Positions 39,401-52,700 of a stretch of 64,000 nt of DNA are shown here, one piece after another (the first letter of the stretch is position 1; each line of letters starts with the position of its first letter). Position numbers and translations under genes: made by a program. The notes beneath the pieces were generated by a model that was not told the origin of the DNA, searched no databases, and saw nothing but the letters and a program-made list of their open reading frames with translations. This stretch comes from the human T2T-CHM13v2.0 reference genome, Homo sapiens, in assembly GCF_009914755.1 (NCBI RefSeq), contig NC_060946.1, one strand, 5' to 3'.

Positions 39401-41251
39401 AGAATGCTTCTGTCTAGATTTGATATGAAGATATTCCCGTTTCCAACGAAATCTTCAAATCTATCCAAATGTCCACTTGCATAATCAACAAAAAGTGTTT
39501 TTCAGAACTGCTCTATCAAAAGAAAGATCCACCTCTGTTAGCTGAGTTCACACATCACAAACAAGTTTATGAGAATGCTTCTGTCTAGTTTTTATTTGAA
39601 GATATTTCCTTTCTCACCATAGACCTGAAAGCTGTCCTAATGTTCACTTCCAGATACTACAGAAAGAGTGTTTCAAAACTGCTGTACGAAAGGGAATGTT
39701 GAACTCTGTGACTTGAATGCACACATCACAAAGAAGTTTCTGAGGATGCTGCTGTCTACTTTTTATACGTAATCCCGTTTCCAACGAAATCCTCCAAGCT
39801 ATCCAAATATCCACTTGCAGATTCCACAGAAAGACTGTTTCAAAACTGCTCTGTCAATAGAAAGGTTCAACTCTTTTAGCTGCGTGAATATATCCCAAAG
39901 AAGATTCTGAGATTGCTTCTGTCTAGTTTTTATGGGAAGATATTTCCCTTTTCACCGTAGGCGTCAAGGCGCTCCAAATGTCCACTTCCAGATACTACAA
40001 AAAGAGTGTTTCAAACCTACTCTGTGAAAGGGAATATTCAACTCTGTGACTTGAATGCACATATCACAAAGAAGTTTCTGAGAATGCTTCTGTCGAGATT
40101 TTATATGAAGATATTCCCGTTTCCAACGAAATCCTGAAATCTATCCAAATATCCCCTCGCAGATTCTACAAAAAGAGTGTTTCAAAACTGCTCTGTAAAA
40201 AGAAAGGTTCAACTCTGTTACTTGAGTACACACATCACAAACAAGTTTCACAGAATGCTTCTTTCTAGCTTGTAGGGGAAGATATTCCCTTTATCACCAT
40301 GGTCCTCAAACCGTCCGAAACGTCCACTTCCATATACTACAAAAAGAGCGTTTCAAACCTGCTCTAGGAAAGGCAATGTTCAACTCTGTGACTTGAATGC
40401 AGACATCACAGAGCAGTTTCTGAGAATGCTTCTGTCTAGATTTTATAGGAAGATATTCCCGTTTCCAACGAAATCTTCACAGCTATCCAAGTATCCACTT
40501 GCAGATTCTACAAAAAGAGTGTATCAAAACTGCTCTGTCAAAAGGAAGGTTCTTCTCTGTTAGGTGAGTGCATACGTCATAAAGGAGTTTCTGAGAATGT
40601 TTCTGTCTAGTGGTTATGGGAAGATATTTGCTTTTTCACCGTAGGCCTCAGAGCGCTCCAAATATCCACTTGCACATACTACAAAAAGAGTGCCTCAAAG
40701 CTGCTCTCTGAAACGGAATGTTCAACTCTATGAGTTGAATGCAAACATCACAAAGACGTTTCTGAGAATGCTTCTGTCTAGATTTGATATGAAGATATTC
40801 CCGTTTCCAACGAAATCTTCAAATCTATCCAAATGTCCACTTGCATAATCAACAAAAAGTGTTTTTCAGAACTGCTCTATCAAAAGAAAGATCCACCTCT
40901 GTTAGCTGAGTTCACACATCACAAACAAGTTTATGAGAATGCTTGTGTCTAGTTTTTATTTGAAGATATTTCCTTTCTCACCATAGACCTGAAAGCTGTC
41001 CTAATGTTCACTTCCAGATACTACAGAAAGAGTGTTTCAAAACTGCTGTACGAAAGGGAATGTTCAACTCTGTGACTTGAATGCGCACATCACAAAGAAG
41101 TTTCTGAGGATGCTGCTGTCTACTTTTTATACGTAATCCCGTTTCCAACGAAATCCTCCAAGCTATCCAAATATCCACTTGCAGATTCCACAGAAAGACT
41201 GTTTCAAAACTGCTCTGTCAATAGAAAGGTTCAACTCTGTTAGCTGCGTGC

Positions 41252-44200
41252 ACATATCCCAAAGAAGATTCTGAGATTGCTTCTGTCTAGTTTTTATGGG
41301 AAGATATTTCCCTTTTCACCGTAGGCGTCAAGGCGCTCCAAATGTCCACTTCCAGATACTACAAAAAGAGTGTTTCAAACCTACTCTGTGAAAGCGAATA
41401 TTCAACTCTGTGACTTTAATGCACATATCACAAAGAAGTTTCTGAGAATGCTTCTGTCGAGATTTTATATGAAGATATTCCCGTTTCCAACGAAATCCTG
41501 AAATCTATCCAAATATCCCCTCGCAGATTCTACAAAAAGAGTGTTTCAAAACTGCTCTGTAAAAAGAAAGGTTCAACTCTGTTAGTTGAGTACACACATC
41601 ACAAACAAGTTTCACAGAATGCTTCTTTCTAGCTTGTAGGGGAAGATATTCCCTTTATCACCATGGGCCTCCAACCGTCCGAAACGTCCACTTCCATATA
41701 CTACAAAAAGAGCGTTTCAAACCTGCTCTAGGAAAGGCAATGTTCAACTCTGTGACTTGAATGCAGACATCACAGAGCAGTTTCTGAGAATGCTTCTGTC
41801 TAGTTTTTATAGGAAGATATTCCCGTTTCCAACGAAATCTTCACAGCTATCCAAATATCCACTTGCAGATTCAACAAAAAGAGTGTATCAAAACTGCTCT
41901 GTCAAAAGGAAGGTTCTTCTCTGTTAGGTGAGTGCATACGTCATAAAGGAGTTTCTGAGAATGTTTCTGTCTAGTGGTTATGGGAAGATATTTGCTTTTT
42001 CACCGTAGGCCTCAGAGCGCTCCAAATATCCACTTGCACATACTACAAAAAGAGTGCCTCAAAGCTGCTCTTTGAAACGGAATGTTCAACTCTATGAGTT
42101 GAATGCAAACATCACAAAGACGTTTCTGAGAATGCTTCTGTCTAGATTTGATATGAAGATATTCCCGTTTCCAACGAAATCTTCAAATCTATCCAAATGT
42201 CCACTTGCAGATTCAACAAAAAGTGTTTTTCAGAACTGCTCTATCAAAAGAAAGATCCACCTCTGTTAGCTGAGTTCACACATCACAAACAAGTTTATGA
42301 GAATGCTTCTGTCTAGTTTTTATTTGAAGATATTTCCTTTCTCACCATAGACCTGAAAGCTGTCCTAATGTTCACTTCCAGATACTACAGAAAGAGTGTT
42401 TCAAAACTGCTGTATGAAAGGGAATGTTCAACTCTGTGACTTGAATGCACACATCACAAAGAAGTTTCTGAGGATGCTGCTGTCTACTTTTTATATGTAA
42501 TCCCGTTTCCAATGAAATCCTCCAAGCTATCCAAATATCCACTTGCAGATTCCACAGAAAGACTGTTTCAAAACTGCTCTGTCAATAGAAAGGTACAACT
42601 CTGTTAGCTGCGTGCATATATCCCAAAGAAGATTCTGAGATTGCTTCTGTCTAGTTTTTATGGGAAGATATTTCCCTTTTCACCGTAGGCGTCAAGGCGC
42701 TCCAAATGTCCACTTCCAGATACTACAAAAAGAGTGTTTCAAACCTACTCTGTGAAAGGGAATATTCAACTCTGTGACTTGAATGCACATATCACAAAGA
42801 AGTTTCTGAGAATGCTTCTGTCGAGATTTTATATGAAGATATTCCCGTTTCCAACGAAATCCTGAAATCTATCCAAATATCCCCTCGCAGATTCTACAAA
42901 AAGAGAGTTTCAAAACTGCTCTGTAAAAAGAAAGGTTCAACTCTGTTAGTTGAGTACACACATCACAAACAAGTTTCACAGAATGCTTCTTTCTAGCTTG
43001 TAGGGGAAGATATTCCCTTTATCACCATGGGCCTCCAACCGTCCGAAACATCCACTTCCATATACTACAAAAAGAGCGTTTCAAACCTGCTCTATGAAAG
43101 GCAATGTTCAACTCTGTGACTTGAAAGCAGACATCACAGAGCAGTTTCTGAGAATGCTTCTGTCTAGATTTTATAGGAAGATATTCCCGTTTCCAACGAA
43201 ATCTTCACAGCTATCCAAATATCCACTTGCAGATTCTACAAAAAGAGTGTATCAAAACTGCTCTGTCAAAAGGAAGGTTCTTCTCTGTTAGGTGAGTGCA
43301 TACGTCATAAAGGAGTTTCTGAGAATGTTTCTGTCTAGTGGTTATGGGAAGATATTTGCTTTTTCACCGTAGGCCTCAGAGCGCTCCAAATATCCACTTG
43401 CACATACTACAAAAAGAGTGCCTCAAAGCTGCTCTCTGAAACGGAATGTTCAACTCTATGAGTTGAATGCAAACATCACAAAGACGTTTCTGAGAATGCT
43501 TCTGTCTAGATTTGATATGAAGATATTCCCGTTTCCAACGAAATCTTCAAATCTATCCAAATGTCCACTTGCAGATTCAACAAAAAGTGTTTTTCAGAAC
43601 TGCTCTATCAAAAGAAAGATCCACCTCTGTTAGCTGAGTTCACACATCACAAACAAGTTTATGAGAATGCTTCTGTCTAGTTTTTATTTGAAGATATTTC
43701 CTTTCTCACCATAGACCTGAAAGCTGTCCTAATGTTCACTTCCAGATACTACAGAAAGAGTGTTTCAAAACTGCTGTACGAAAGGGAATGTTCAACTCTG
43801 TGACTTGAATGCACACATCACAAAGAAGTTTCTGAGGATGCTGCTGTCTACTTTTTATACGTAATCCCGTTTCCAACGAAATCCTCCAAGCTATCCAAAT
43901 ATCCACTTGCAGATTCCACAGAAAGACTGTTTCAAAACTGCTCTGTCAATAGAAAGGTTCAACTCTGTTAGCTGCGTGCATATATCCCAAAGAAGATTCT
44001 GAGATTGCTTCTGTCTAGTTTTTATGGGAAGATATTTCCCTTTTCACCGTAGGCGTCAAGGCGCTCCAAATGTCCACTTCCAGATACTACAAAAAGAGTG
44101 TTTCGAACCTACTCTGTGAAAGGGAATATTCAACTCTGTGACTTGAATGCACATATCACAAAGAAGTTTCTGAGAATGCTTCTGTCGAGATTTTATATGA

Positions 44201-46708
44201 AGATATTCCCGTTTCCAACGAAATCCTGAAATCTATCCAAATATCCCCTCGCCGATTCTACATAAAGAGTGTTTCAAAACTGCTCTGTAAAAAGAAAGGT
44301 TCAACTCTGTTACTTGAGTACACACATCACAAACAAGTTTCACAGAATGCTTCTTTCTAGCTTGTAGGGGAAGATATTCCCTTTATCACCATGGGCCTCA
44401 AACCGTCCGAAACGTCCACTTCCATATACTACAAAAAGAGCGTTTCAAACCTGCTCTAGGAAAGGCAATGTTCAACTCTGTGACTTGAATGCAGACATCA
44501 CAGAGCAGTTTCTGAGAAAGCTTCTGTCTAGATTTTATAGGAAGATATTCCCGTTTCCAACGAAATCTTCACAGCTATCCAAATATCCACTTGCAGATTC
44601 TACAAAAAGAGTGTATCAAAACTGCTCTGTCAAAAGGAAGGTTCTTCTCTGTTAGGTGAGTGCATACGTCATAAAGGAGTTTCTGAGAATGTTTCTGTCT
44701 AGTGGTTATGGGAAGATATTTGCTTTTTCACCGTAGGCCTCAGAGCGCTCCAAATATCCACTTGCACATACAACAAAAAGAGTGCCTCAAAGCTGCTCTT
44801 TGAAACGGAATGTTCAACTCTATGAGTTGAATGCAAACATCACAAAGACGTTTCTGAGAATGCTTCTGTCTAGATTTGATATGAAGATATTCCCGTTTCC
44901 AAAGAAATCTTCAAATCTATCCAAATGTCCACTTGCAGATTCAACAAAAAGTGTTTTTCACAACTGCTCTATCAAAAGAAAGATCTACCTCTGTTAGCTG
45001 AGTTCACACATCACAAACAAGTTTATGAGAATGCTTCTGTCTAGTTTTTATTTGAAGATATTTCCTTTCTCACCATAGACCTGAAAGCTGTCCTAATGTT
45101 CACTTCCAGATACTACAGAAAGAGTGTTTCAAAACTGCTGTACGAAAGGGAATGTTCAACTCTGTGACTTGAATGCACACATCACACAGAAGTTTCTGAG
45201 GATGCTGCTGTCTACTTTTTATATGTAATCCCGTTTCCAACGAAATCCTCCAAGCTATCCAAATATCCACTTGCAGATTCCACAGAAAGACTGTTTCAAA
45301 ACTGCTCTGTCAATAGAACGGTTCAACTCTGTTAGCTGCGTGCATATATCCCAAAGAAGATTCTGAGATTGCTTCTGTCTAGTTTTTATGGGAAGATATT
45401 TCCCTTTTCACCGTAGGCGTCAAGGCGCTCCAAATGTCCACTTCCAGATACTACAAAAAGAGTGTTTCAAACCTACTCTGTGAAAGCGAATATTCAACTC
45501 TGTGACTTGAATGCACATATCACAAAGAAGTTTGTGAGAATGCTTCTGTCGAGATTTTATATGAAGATATTCCCGTTTCCAAAGAAATCCTGAAATCTAT
45601 CCAAATATCCCCTCGCAGATTCTACAAAAAGAGTGTTTCAAAACTGCTCTGTAAAAAGAAAGGTTCAACTCTGTTAGTTGAGTACACACATCACAAACAA
45701 GTTTCACAGAATGCTTCTTTCTAGCTTGTAGGGGAAGATATTCCCTTTATCACCATGGGCCTCAAACCGTCCGAAACGTCCACTTCCATATACTACAAAA
45801 AGAGCGTTTCAAACCTGCTCTAGGAAAGGCAATGTTCAACTCTGTGACTTGAATGCAGACATCACAGAGCAGTTTCTGAGAATGCTTCTGTCTAGATTTT
45901 ATAGGAAGATATTCCCGTTTCCAACGAAATCTTCACAGCTATCCAAATATCCACTTGCAGATTCTACAAAAAGAGTGTATCAAAACTGCTCTGTCAAAAG
46001 GAAGGTTCTTCTCTGTTAGGTGAGTGCATACGTCATAAAGGAGTTTCTGAGAATGTTTCTGTCTAGTGGTTATGGGAAGATATTTGCTTTTTCACCATAG
46101 GCCTCAGAGCGCTCCAAATATCCACTTGCACATACTACAAAAAGAGTGCCTCAAAGCTGCTCTTTGAAACGGAATGTTCAACTCTATGAGTTGAATGCAA
46201 ACATCACAAAGACATTTCTGAGAATGCTTCTGTCTAGATTTGATATGAAGATATTCCCGTTTCCAACGAAATCTTCAAATCTATCCAAATGTCCACTTGC
46301 AGATTCAACAAAAAGTGTTTTTCAGAACTGCTCTATCAAAAGAAAGATCCACCTCTGTTAGCTGAGTTCACACATCACAAACAAGTTTATGAGAATGCTT
46401 CTGTCTAGTTTTTATTTGAAGATATTTCCTTTCTCACCATAGACCTGAAAGCTGTCCTAATGTTCACTTCCAGATACTACAGAAAGAGTGTTTCAAAACT
46501 GCTGTACGAAAGGGAATGTTCAACTCTGTGACTTGAATGCACACATCACAAAGAAGTTTCTGAGGATGCTGCTGTCTACTTTTTATACGTAATCCCGTTT
46601 CCAACGAAATCCTCCAAGCTATCCAAATATCCACTTGCAGATTCCACAGAAAGACTGTTTCAAAACTGCTCTGTCAATAGAAAGGTTCAACTCTTTTAGC
46701 TGCGTGAA
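41252..46708. repeat. Near-identical 4-HOR segmental duplicate, copy B (partner 5455-10911)
   Basis: See copy A. The ORF track shows identical variant peptides at 7297/43094 and 8985/44782. Confidence 0.92.
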
Positions 46709-49700
46709 TATATCCCAAAGAAGATTCTGAGATTGCTTCTGTCTAGTTTTTATGGGAAGATATTTCCCTTTTCACCGTAGGCGTCAAGGCGCTCCAAATG
46801 TCCACTTCCAGATACTACAAAAAGAGTGTTTCAAACCTACTCTGTGAAAGGGAATATTCAACTCTGTGACTTGAATGCAGATATCACAAAGAAGTTTCTG
46901 AGAATGCTTCTGTCGAGATTTTATATGAAGATATTCCCGTTTCCAACGAAATCCTGAAATCTATCCAAATATCCCCTCGCAGATTCTACAAAAAGAGTGT
47001 TTCAAAACTGCTCTGTAAAAAGAAAGGTTCAACTCTGTTAGTTGAGTACACACATCACAAACAAGTTTCACAGAATGCTTCTTTCTAGCTTGTAGGGGAA
47101 GATATTCCCTTTATCACCATGGGCCTCCAACCGTCCGAAACGTCCACTTCCATATACTACAAAAAGAGCGTTTCAAACCTGCTCTAGGAAAGGCAATGTT
47201 CAACTCTGTGACTTGAATGCAGACATCACAGAGCAGTTTCTGAGAATGCTTCTGTCTAGATTTTATAGGAAGATATTCCCGTTTCCAACGAAATCTTCAC
47301 AGCTATCCAAATATCCACTTGCAGATTCTACAAAAAGAGTGTATCAAAACTGCTCTGTCAAAAGGAAGGTTCTTCTCTGTTAGGTGAGTGCATACGTCAT
47401 AAAGGAGTTTCTGAGAATGTTTCTGTCTAGTGGTTATGGGAAGATATTTGCTTTTTCACCGTAGGCCTCAGAGCGCTCCAAATATCCACTTGCACATACA
47501 ACAAAAAGAGTGCCTCAAAGCTGCTCTTTGAAACGGAATGTTCAACTCTATGAGTTGAATGCAAACATCACAAAGACGTTTCTGAGAATGCTTCTGTCTA
47601 GATTTGATATGAAGATATTCCCGTTTCCAACGAAATCTTCAAATCTATCCAAATGTCCACTTGCAGATTCAACAAAAAGTGTTTTTCAGAACTGCTCTAT
47701 CAAAAGAAAGATCCACCTCTGTTAGCTGAGTTCACACATCACAAACAAGTTTATGAGAATGCTTCTGTCTAGTTTTTATTTGAAGATATTTCCTTTCTCA
47801 CCATAGACCTGAAAGCTGTCCTAATGTACACTTCCAGATACTACAGAAAGAGTGTTTCAAAACTGCTGTACGAAAGGGAATGTTCAACTCTGTGACTTGA
47901 ATGCACACATCACAAAGAAGTTTCTGAGGATGCTGCTGTCTACTTTTTATACGTAATCCCGTTTCCAACGAAATCCTCCAAGCTATCCAAATATCCACTT
48001 GCAGATTCCACAGAAAGACTGTTTCAAAACTGCTCTGTCAATAGAAAGGTTCAACTCTGTTAGCTGCGTGCATATATCCCAAAGAAGATTCTGAGATTGC
48101 TTCTGTCTAGTTTTTATGGGAAGATATTTCCCTTTTCACCGTAGGCGTCAAGGCGCTCCAAATGCCCACTTCCAGATACTACAAAAAGAGTGTTTCAAAC
48201 CTACTCTGAAAGCGAATATTCAACTCTGTGACTTGAATGCACATATCACAAAGAAGTTTCTGAGAATGCTTCTGTCGAGATTTTATATGAAGATATTCCC
48301 GTTTCCAACGAAATCCTGAAATCTATCCAAATATCCCCTCGCAGATTCTACAAAAAGAGTGTTTCAAAACTGCTCTGTAAAAAGAAAGGTTCAACTCTGT
48401 TAGTTGAGTACACACATCACAAACAAGTATCACAGAATGCTTCTTTCTAGCTTGTAGGGGAAGATATTCCCTTTATCACCATGGGCCTCCAACCGTCCGA
48501 AACGTCCACTTCCATATACTACAAAAAGAGCGTTTCAAACCTGCTCTAGGAAAGGCAATGTTCAACTCTGTGACTTGAATGCAGACATCACAGAGCAGTT
48601 TCTGAGAATGCTTCTGTCTAGATTTTATAGGAAGATATTCCCGTTTCCAACGAAATCTTCACAGCTATCCAAATATCCACTTGCAGATTCTACAAAAAGA
48701 GTGTATCAAAACTGCTCTGTCAAAAGGAAGGTTCTTCTCTGTTAGGTGAGTGCATACGTCATAAAGGAGTTTCTGAGAATGTTTCTGTCTAGTGGTTATG
48801 GGAAGATATTTGCTTTTTCACCGTAGGCCTCAGAGCGCTCCAAATATCCACTTGCACATACTACAAAAAGAGTGCCTCAAAGCTGCTCTTTGAAACGGAA
48901 TGTTCAACTCTATGAGTTGAATGCAAACATCACAAAGACGTTTCTGAGAATGCTTCTGTCTAGATTTGATATGAAGATATTCCCGTTTCCAACGAAATCT
49001 TCAAATCTATCCAAATGTCCACTTGCAGATTCAACAAAAAGTGTTTTTCAGAACTGCTCTATCAAAAGAAAGATCCACGTGTGTTAGCTGAGTTCACACA
49101 TCACAAACAAGTTTATGAGAATGCTTCTGTCTAGTTTTTATTTGAAGATATTTCCTTTCTCACCATAGACCTGAAAGCTGTCCTAATGTTCACTTCCAGA
49201 TACTACAGAAAGAGTGTTTCAAAACTGCTGTATGAAAGGGAATGTTCAACTCTGTGACTTGAATGCACACATCACAAAGAAGTTTCTGAGGATGCTGCTG
49301 TCTACTTTTTATATGTAATCCCGTTTCCAATGAAATCCTCCAAGCTATCCAAATATCCACTTGCAGATTCCACAGAAAGACTGTTTCAAAACTGCTCTGT
49401 CAATAGAAAGGTACAACTCTGTTAGCTGCGTGCATATATCCCAAAGAAGATTCTGAGATTGCTTCTGTCTAGTTTTTATGGGAAGATATTTCCCTTTTCA
49501 CCGTAGGCGTCAAGGCGCTCCAAATGTCCACTTCCAGATACTACAAAAAGAGTGTTTCAAACCTACTCTGTGAAAGGGAATATTCAACTCTGTGACTTGA
49601 ATGCACATATCACAAAGAAGTTTCTGAGAATGCTTCTGTCGAGATTTTATATGAAGATATTCCCGTTTCCAACGAAATCCTGAAATCTATCCAAATATCC

Positions 49701-52700
49701 CCTCGCAGATTCTACAAAAAGAGTGTTTCAAAACTGCTCTGTAAAAAGAAAGGTTCAACTCTGTTAGGTGAGTACACACATCACAAACAAGTTTCACAGA
49801 ATGCTTCTTTCTAGCTTGTAGGGGAAGATATTCCCTTTATCACCATGGGCCTCAAACCGTCCGAAACGTCCACTTCCATATACTACAAAAAGAGCGTTTC
49901 AAACCTGCTCTAGGAAAGGCAATGTTCAACCCTGTGACTTGAATGCAGACATCACAGAGCAGTTTCTGAGAATGCTTCTGTCTAGATTTTAGACGAAGAT
50001 ATTCCCGTTTCCAACGAAATCTTCACAGCTATCCCAATATCCACTTGCAGATTCTACAAAAAGAGTGTATCAAAACTGCTCTGTCAAAAGGAAGGTTCTT
50101 CTCTGTTAGGTGAGTGCATACGTCATAAAGGAGTTTCTGAGAATGTTTCTGTCTAGTGGTTATGGGAAGATATTTGCTTTTTCACCGTAGGCCTCAGGGC
50201 GCTCCAAATGTCCACTTGCACATGCTACAAAAAGAGTGCTTCAAAGCTGCTCTCTGGAAGGGAATGTTCAACTCTATGAGTTGAATGCAAACATCACAAA
50301 GACGTTTCTGAGAATGCTTCTGTCTAGATTTGATATGAAGATATTCCCGTTTCCAACGAAATCTTCAAATCTATCCAAATGTCCACTTGCAGATTCAACA
50401 AAAAGTGTTTTTCAGAACTGCTCTATCAAAAGAAAGATCCACCTCTGTTAGCTGAGTTCACACATCACAAACAAGTTTATGAGAATGCTTCTGTCTAGTT
50501 TTTATTTGAAGATATTTCCTTTCTCACCATAGACCTGAAAGCTGTCCTAATGTTCACTTCCAGATACTACAGAAAGAGTGTTTCAAAACTGCTGTACGAA
50601 AGGGAATGTTCAACTCTGTGACTTGAATGCACACATCACAAAGAAGTTTCTGAGGATGCTGCTGTCTTCTTTTTATACGTAATCCCGTTTCCAACGAAAT
50701 CCTCCAAGCTATCCAAATATCCACTTGCAGATTCCACAGAAAGACTGTTTCAAAACTGCTCTGTCAATAGAAAGGTTCAACTCTGTTAGCTGCGTGCATA
50801 TATCCCAAAGAAGATTCTGAGATTGCTTCTGTCTAGTTTTTATGGGAAGATATTTCCCTTTTCACCGTAGGCGTCAAGGCGCTCCAAATATCCACTTCCA
50901 GATACTACAAAAAGAGTGTTTCAAACCTACTCTGTGAAAGCGAATATTCAACTCTGTGACTTGAATACACATATCACAAAGAAGTTTCTGAGAATGCTTC
51001 TGTCGAGATTTTATATGAAGATATTCCCGTTTCCAAAGAAATCCTGAAATCTATCCAAATATCCCCTCGCAGATTCTACAAAAAGAGTGTTTCAAAACTG
51101 CTCTGTAAAAAGAAAGGTTCAAATCTGTTAGTTGAGTACACACATCACAAACAAGTTTCACAGAATGCTTCTTTCTAGCTTGTAGGGGAAGATATTCCCT
51201 TTATCACCATGGGCCTCCAACCGTCCGAAACGTCCACTTCCATATACTACAAAAAGAGCGTTTCAAACCTGCTCTAGGAAAGGCAATGTTCAACTCTGTG
51301 ACTTGAATGCAGACATCACAGAGCAGTTTCTGAGAATGCTTCTGTCTAGATTTTATAGGAAGATATTCCCGTTTCCAACGAAATCTTCACAGCTATCCAA
51401 ATATCCACTTGCAGATTCTACAAAAAGAGTGTATCAAAACTGCTCTGTCAAAAGGAAGGTTCTTCTCTGTTAGGTGAGTGCATACGTCATAAAGGAGTTT
51501 CTGAGAATGTTTCTGTCTAGTGGTTATGGGAAGATATTTGCTTTTTCCCCGTAGGCCTCAGGGCGCTCCAAATGTCCACTTGCACATGCTACAAAAAGAG
51601 TGCTTCAAAGCTGCTCTCTGAAAGGCAATGTTCAACTCTATGAGTTGAATGCAAACATCACAAAGTCGTTTCTGAGAATGCTTCTGTCTAGATTTGATAT
51701 GAAGATATTCCCGTTTCCAACGAAATCTTCAAATCTATCCAAATGCCCACTTGCAGATTCAACAAAAAGTGTTTTTCAGAACTGCTCTATCAAAAGAAAG
51801 ATCCACCTCTGTTAGCTGAGTTCACACATCACAAACAAGTTTATGAGAATGCTTCTGTCTAGTTTTTATTTGAAGATATATCCTTTCTCACTATAGACCT
51901 GAAAGCTCTCATAAAGTTCACTTCCAGATACTACAGAAAGAGTGTTTCAAAACTGCTGTACGAAAGGGAATGTTCAACTCTGTGACTTGAATGCACACAT
52001 CACAAAGAAGTTTCTGAGGATGCTGCTGTCTACTTTTTATACGTAATCCCGTTTCCAACGAAATCCTCCAAGCTATCCAAATATCCACTTGCAGATTCTA
52101 CAGAAAGACTGTTTCAAAACTGCTCTGTCAATCGAAAGGTTCAACTCTGTTAGCTGCGTGCATATATCCCAAAGAAGATTCTGAGATTGCTTCTGTCTAG
52201 TTTTTATGGGAAGATATTTCCCTTTTCACCGTAGGCGTCAAGGCGCTCCAAATGTCCACTTCCAGGTACTACAAAAAGAGTGTTTCAAACCTACTCTGTG
52301 AAAGGGAATATTCAACTCTGTGACTTGAATGCAGATATCACAAAGAAGTTTCTGAGAATGCTTCTGTCGAGATTTTATATGAAGATATTCCCGTTTCCAA
52401 CGAAATCCTGAAATCTATCCAAATATCCCCTCGCAGATTCTACAAAAAGAGTGTTTCAAAACTGCTCTGTAAAAAGAAACGTTCAACTCTGTTAGTTGAG
52501 TACACACATCACAAACAAGTTTCACAGAATGCTTCTTTCTAGCTTGTAGGGGAAGATATTCCCTTTATCACCATGGGCCTCCAAGCGTCCGAAACATCCA
52601 CTTCCATATACTACAAAAAGAGCGTTTCAAACCTGCTCTATGAAAGGCAATTTTCAACTCTGTGACTTGAATGCAGACATGACAGAGCAGTTTCTGAGAA

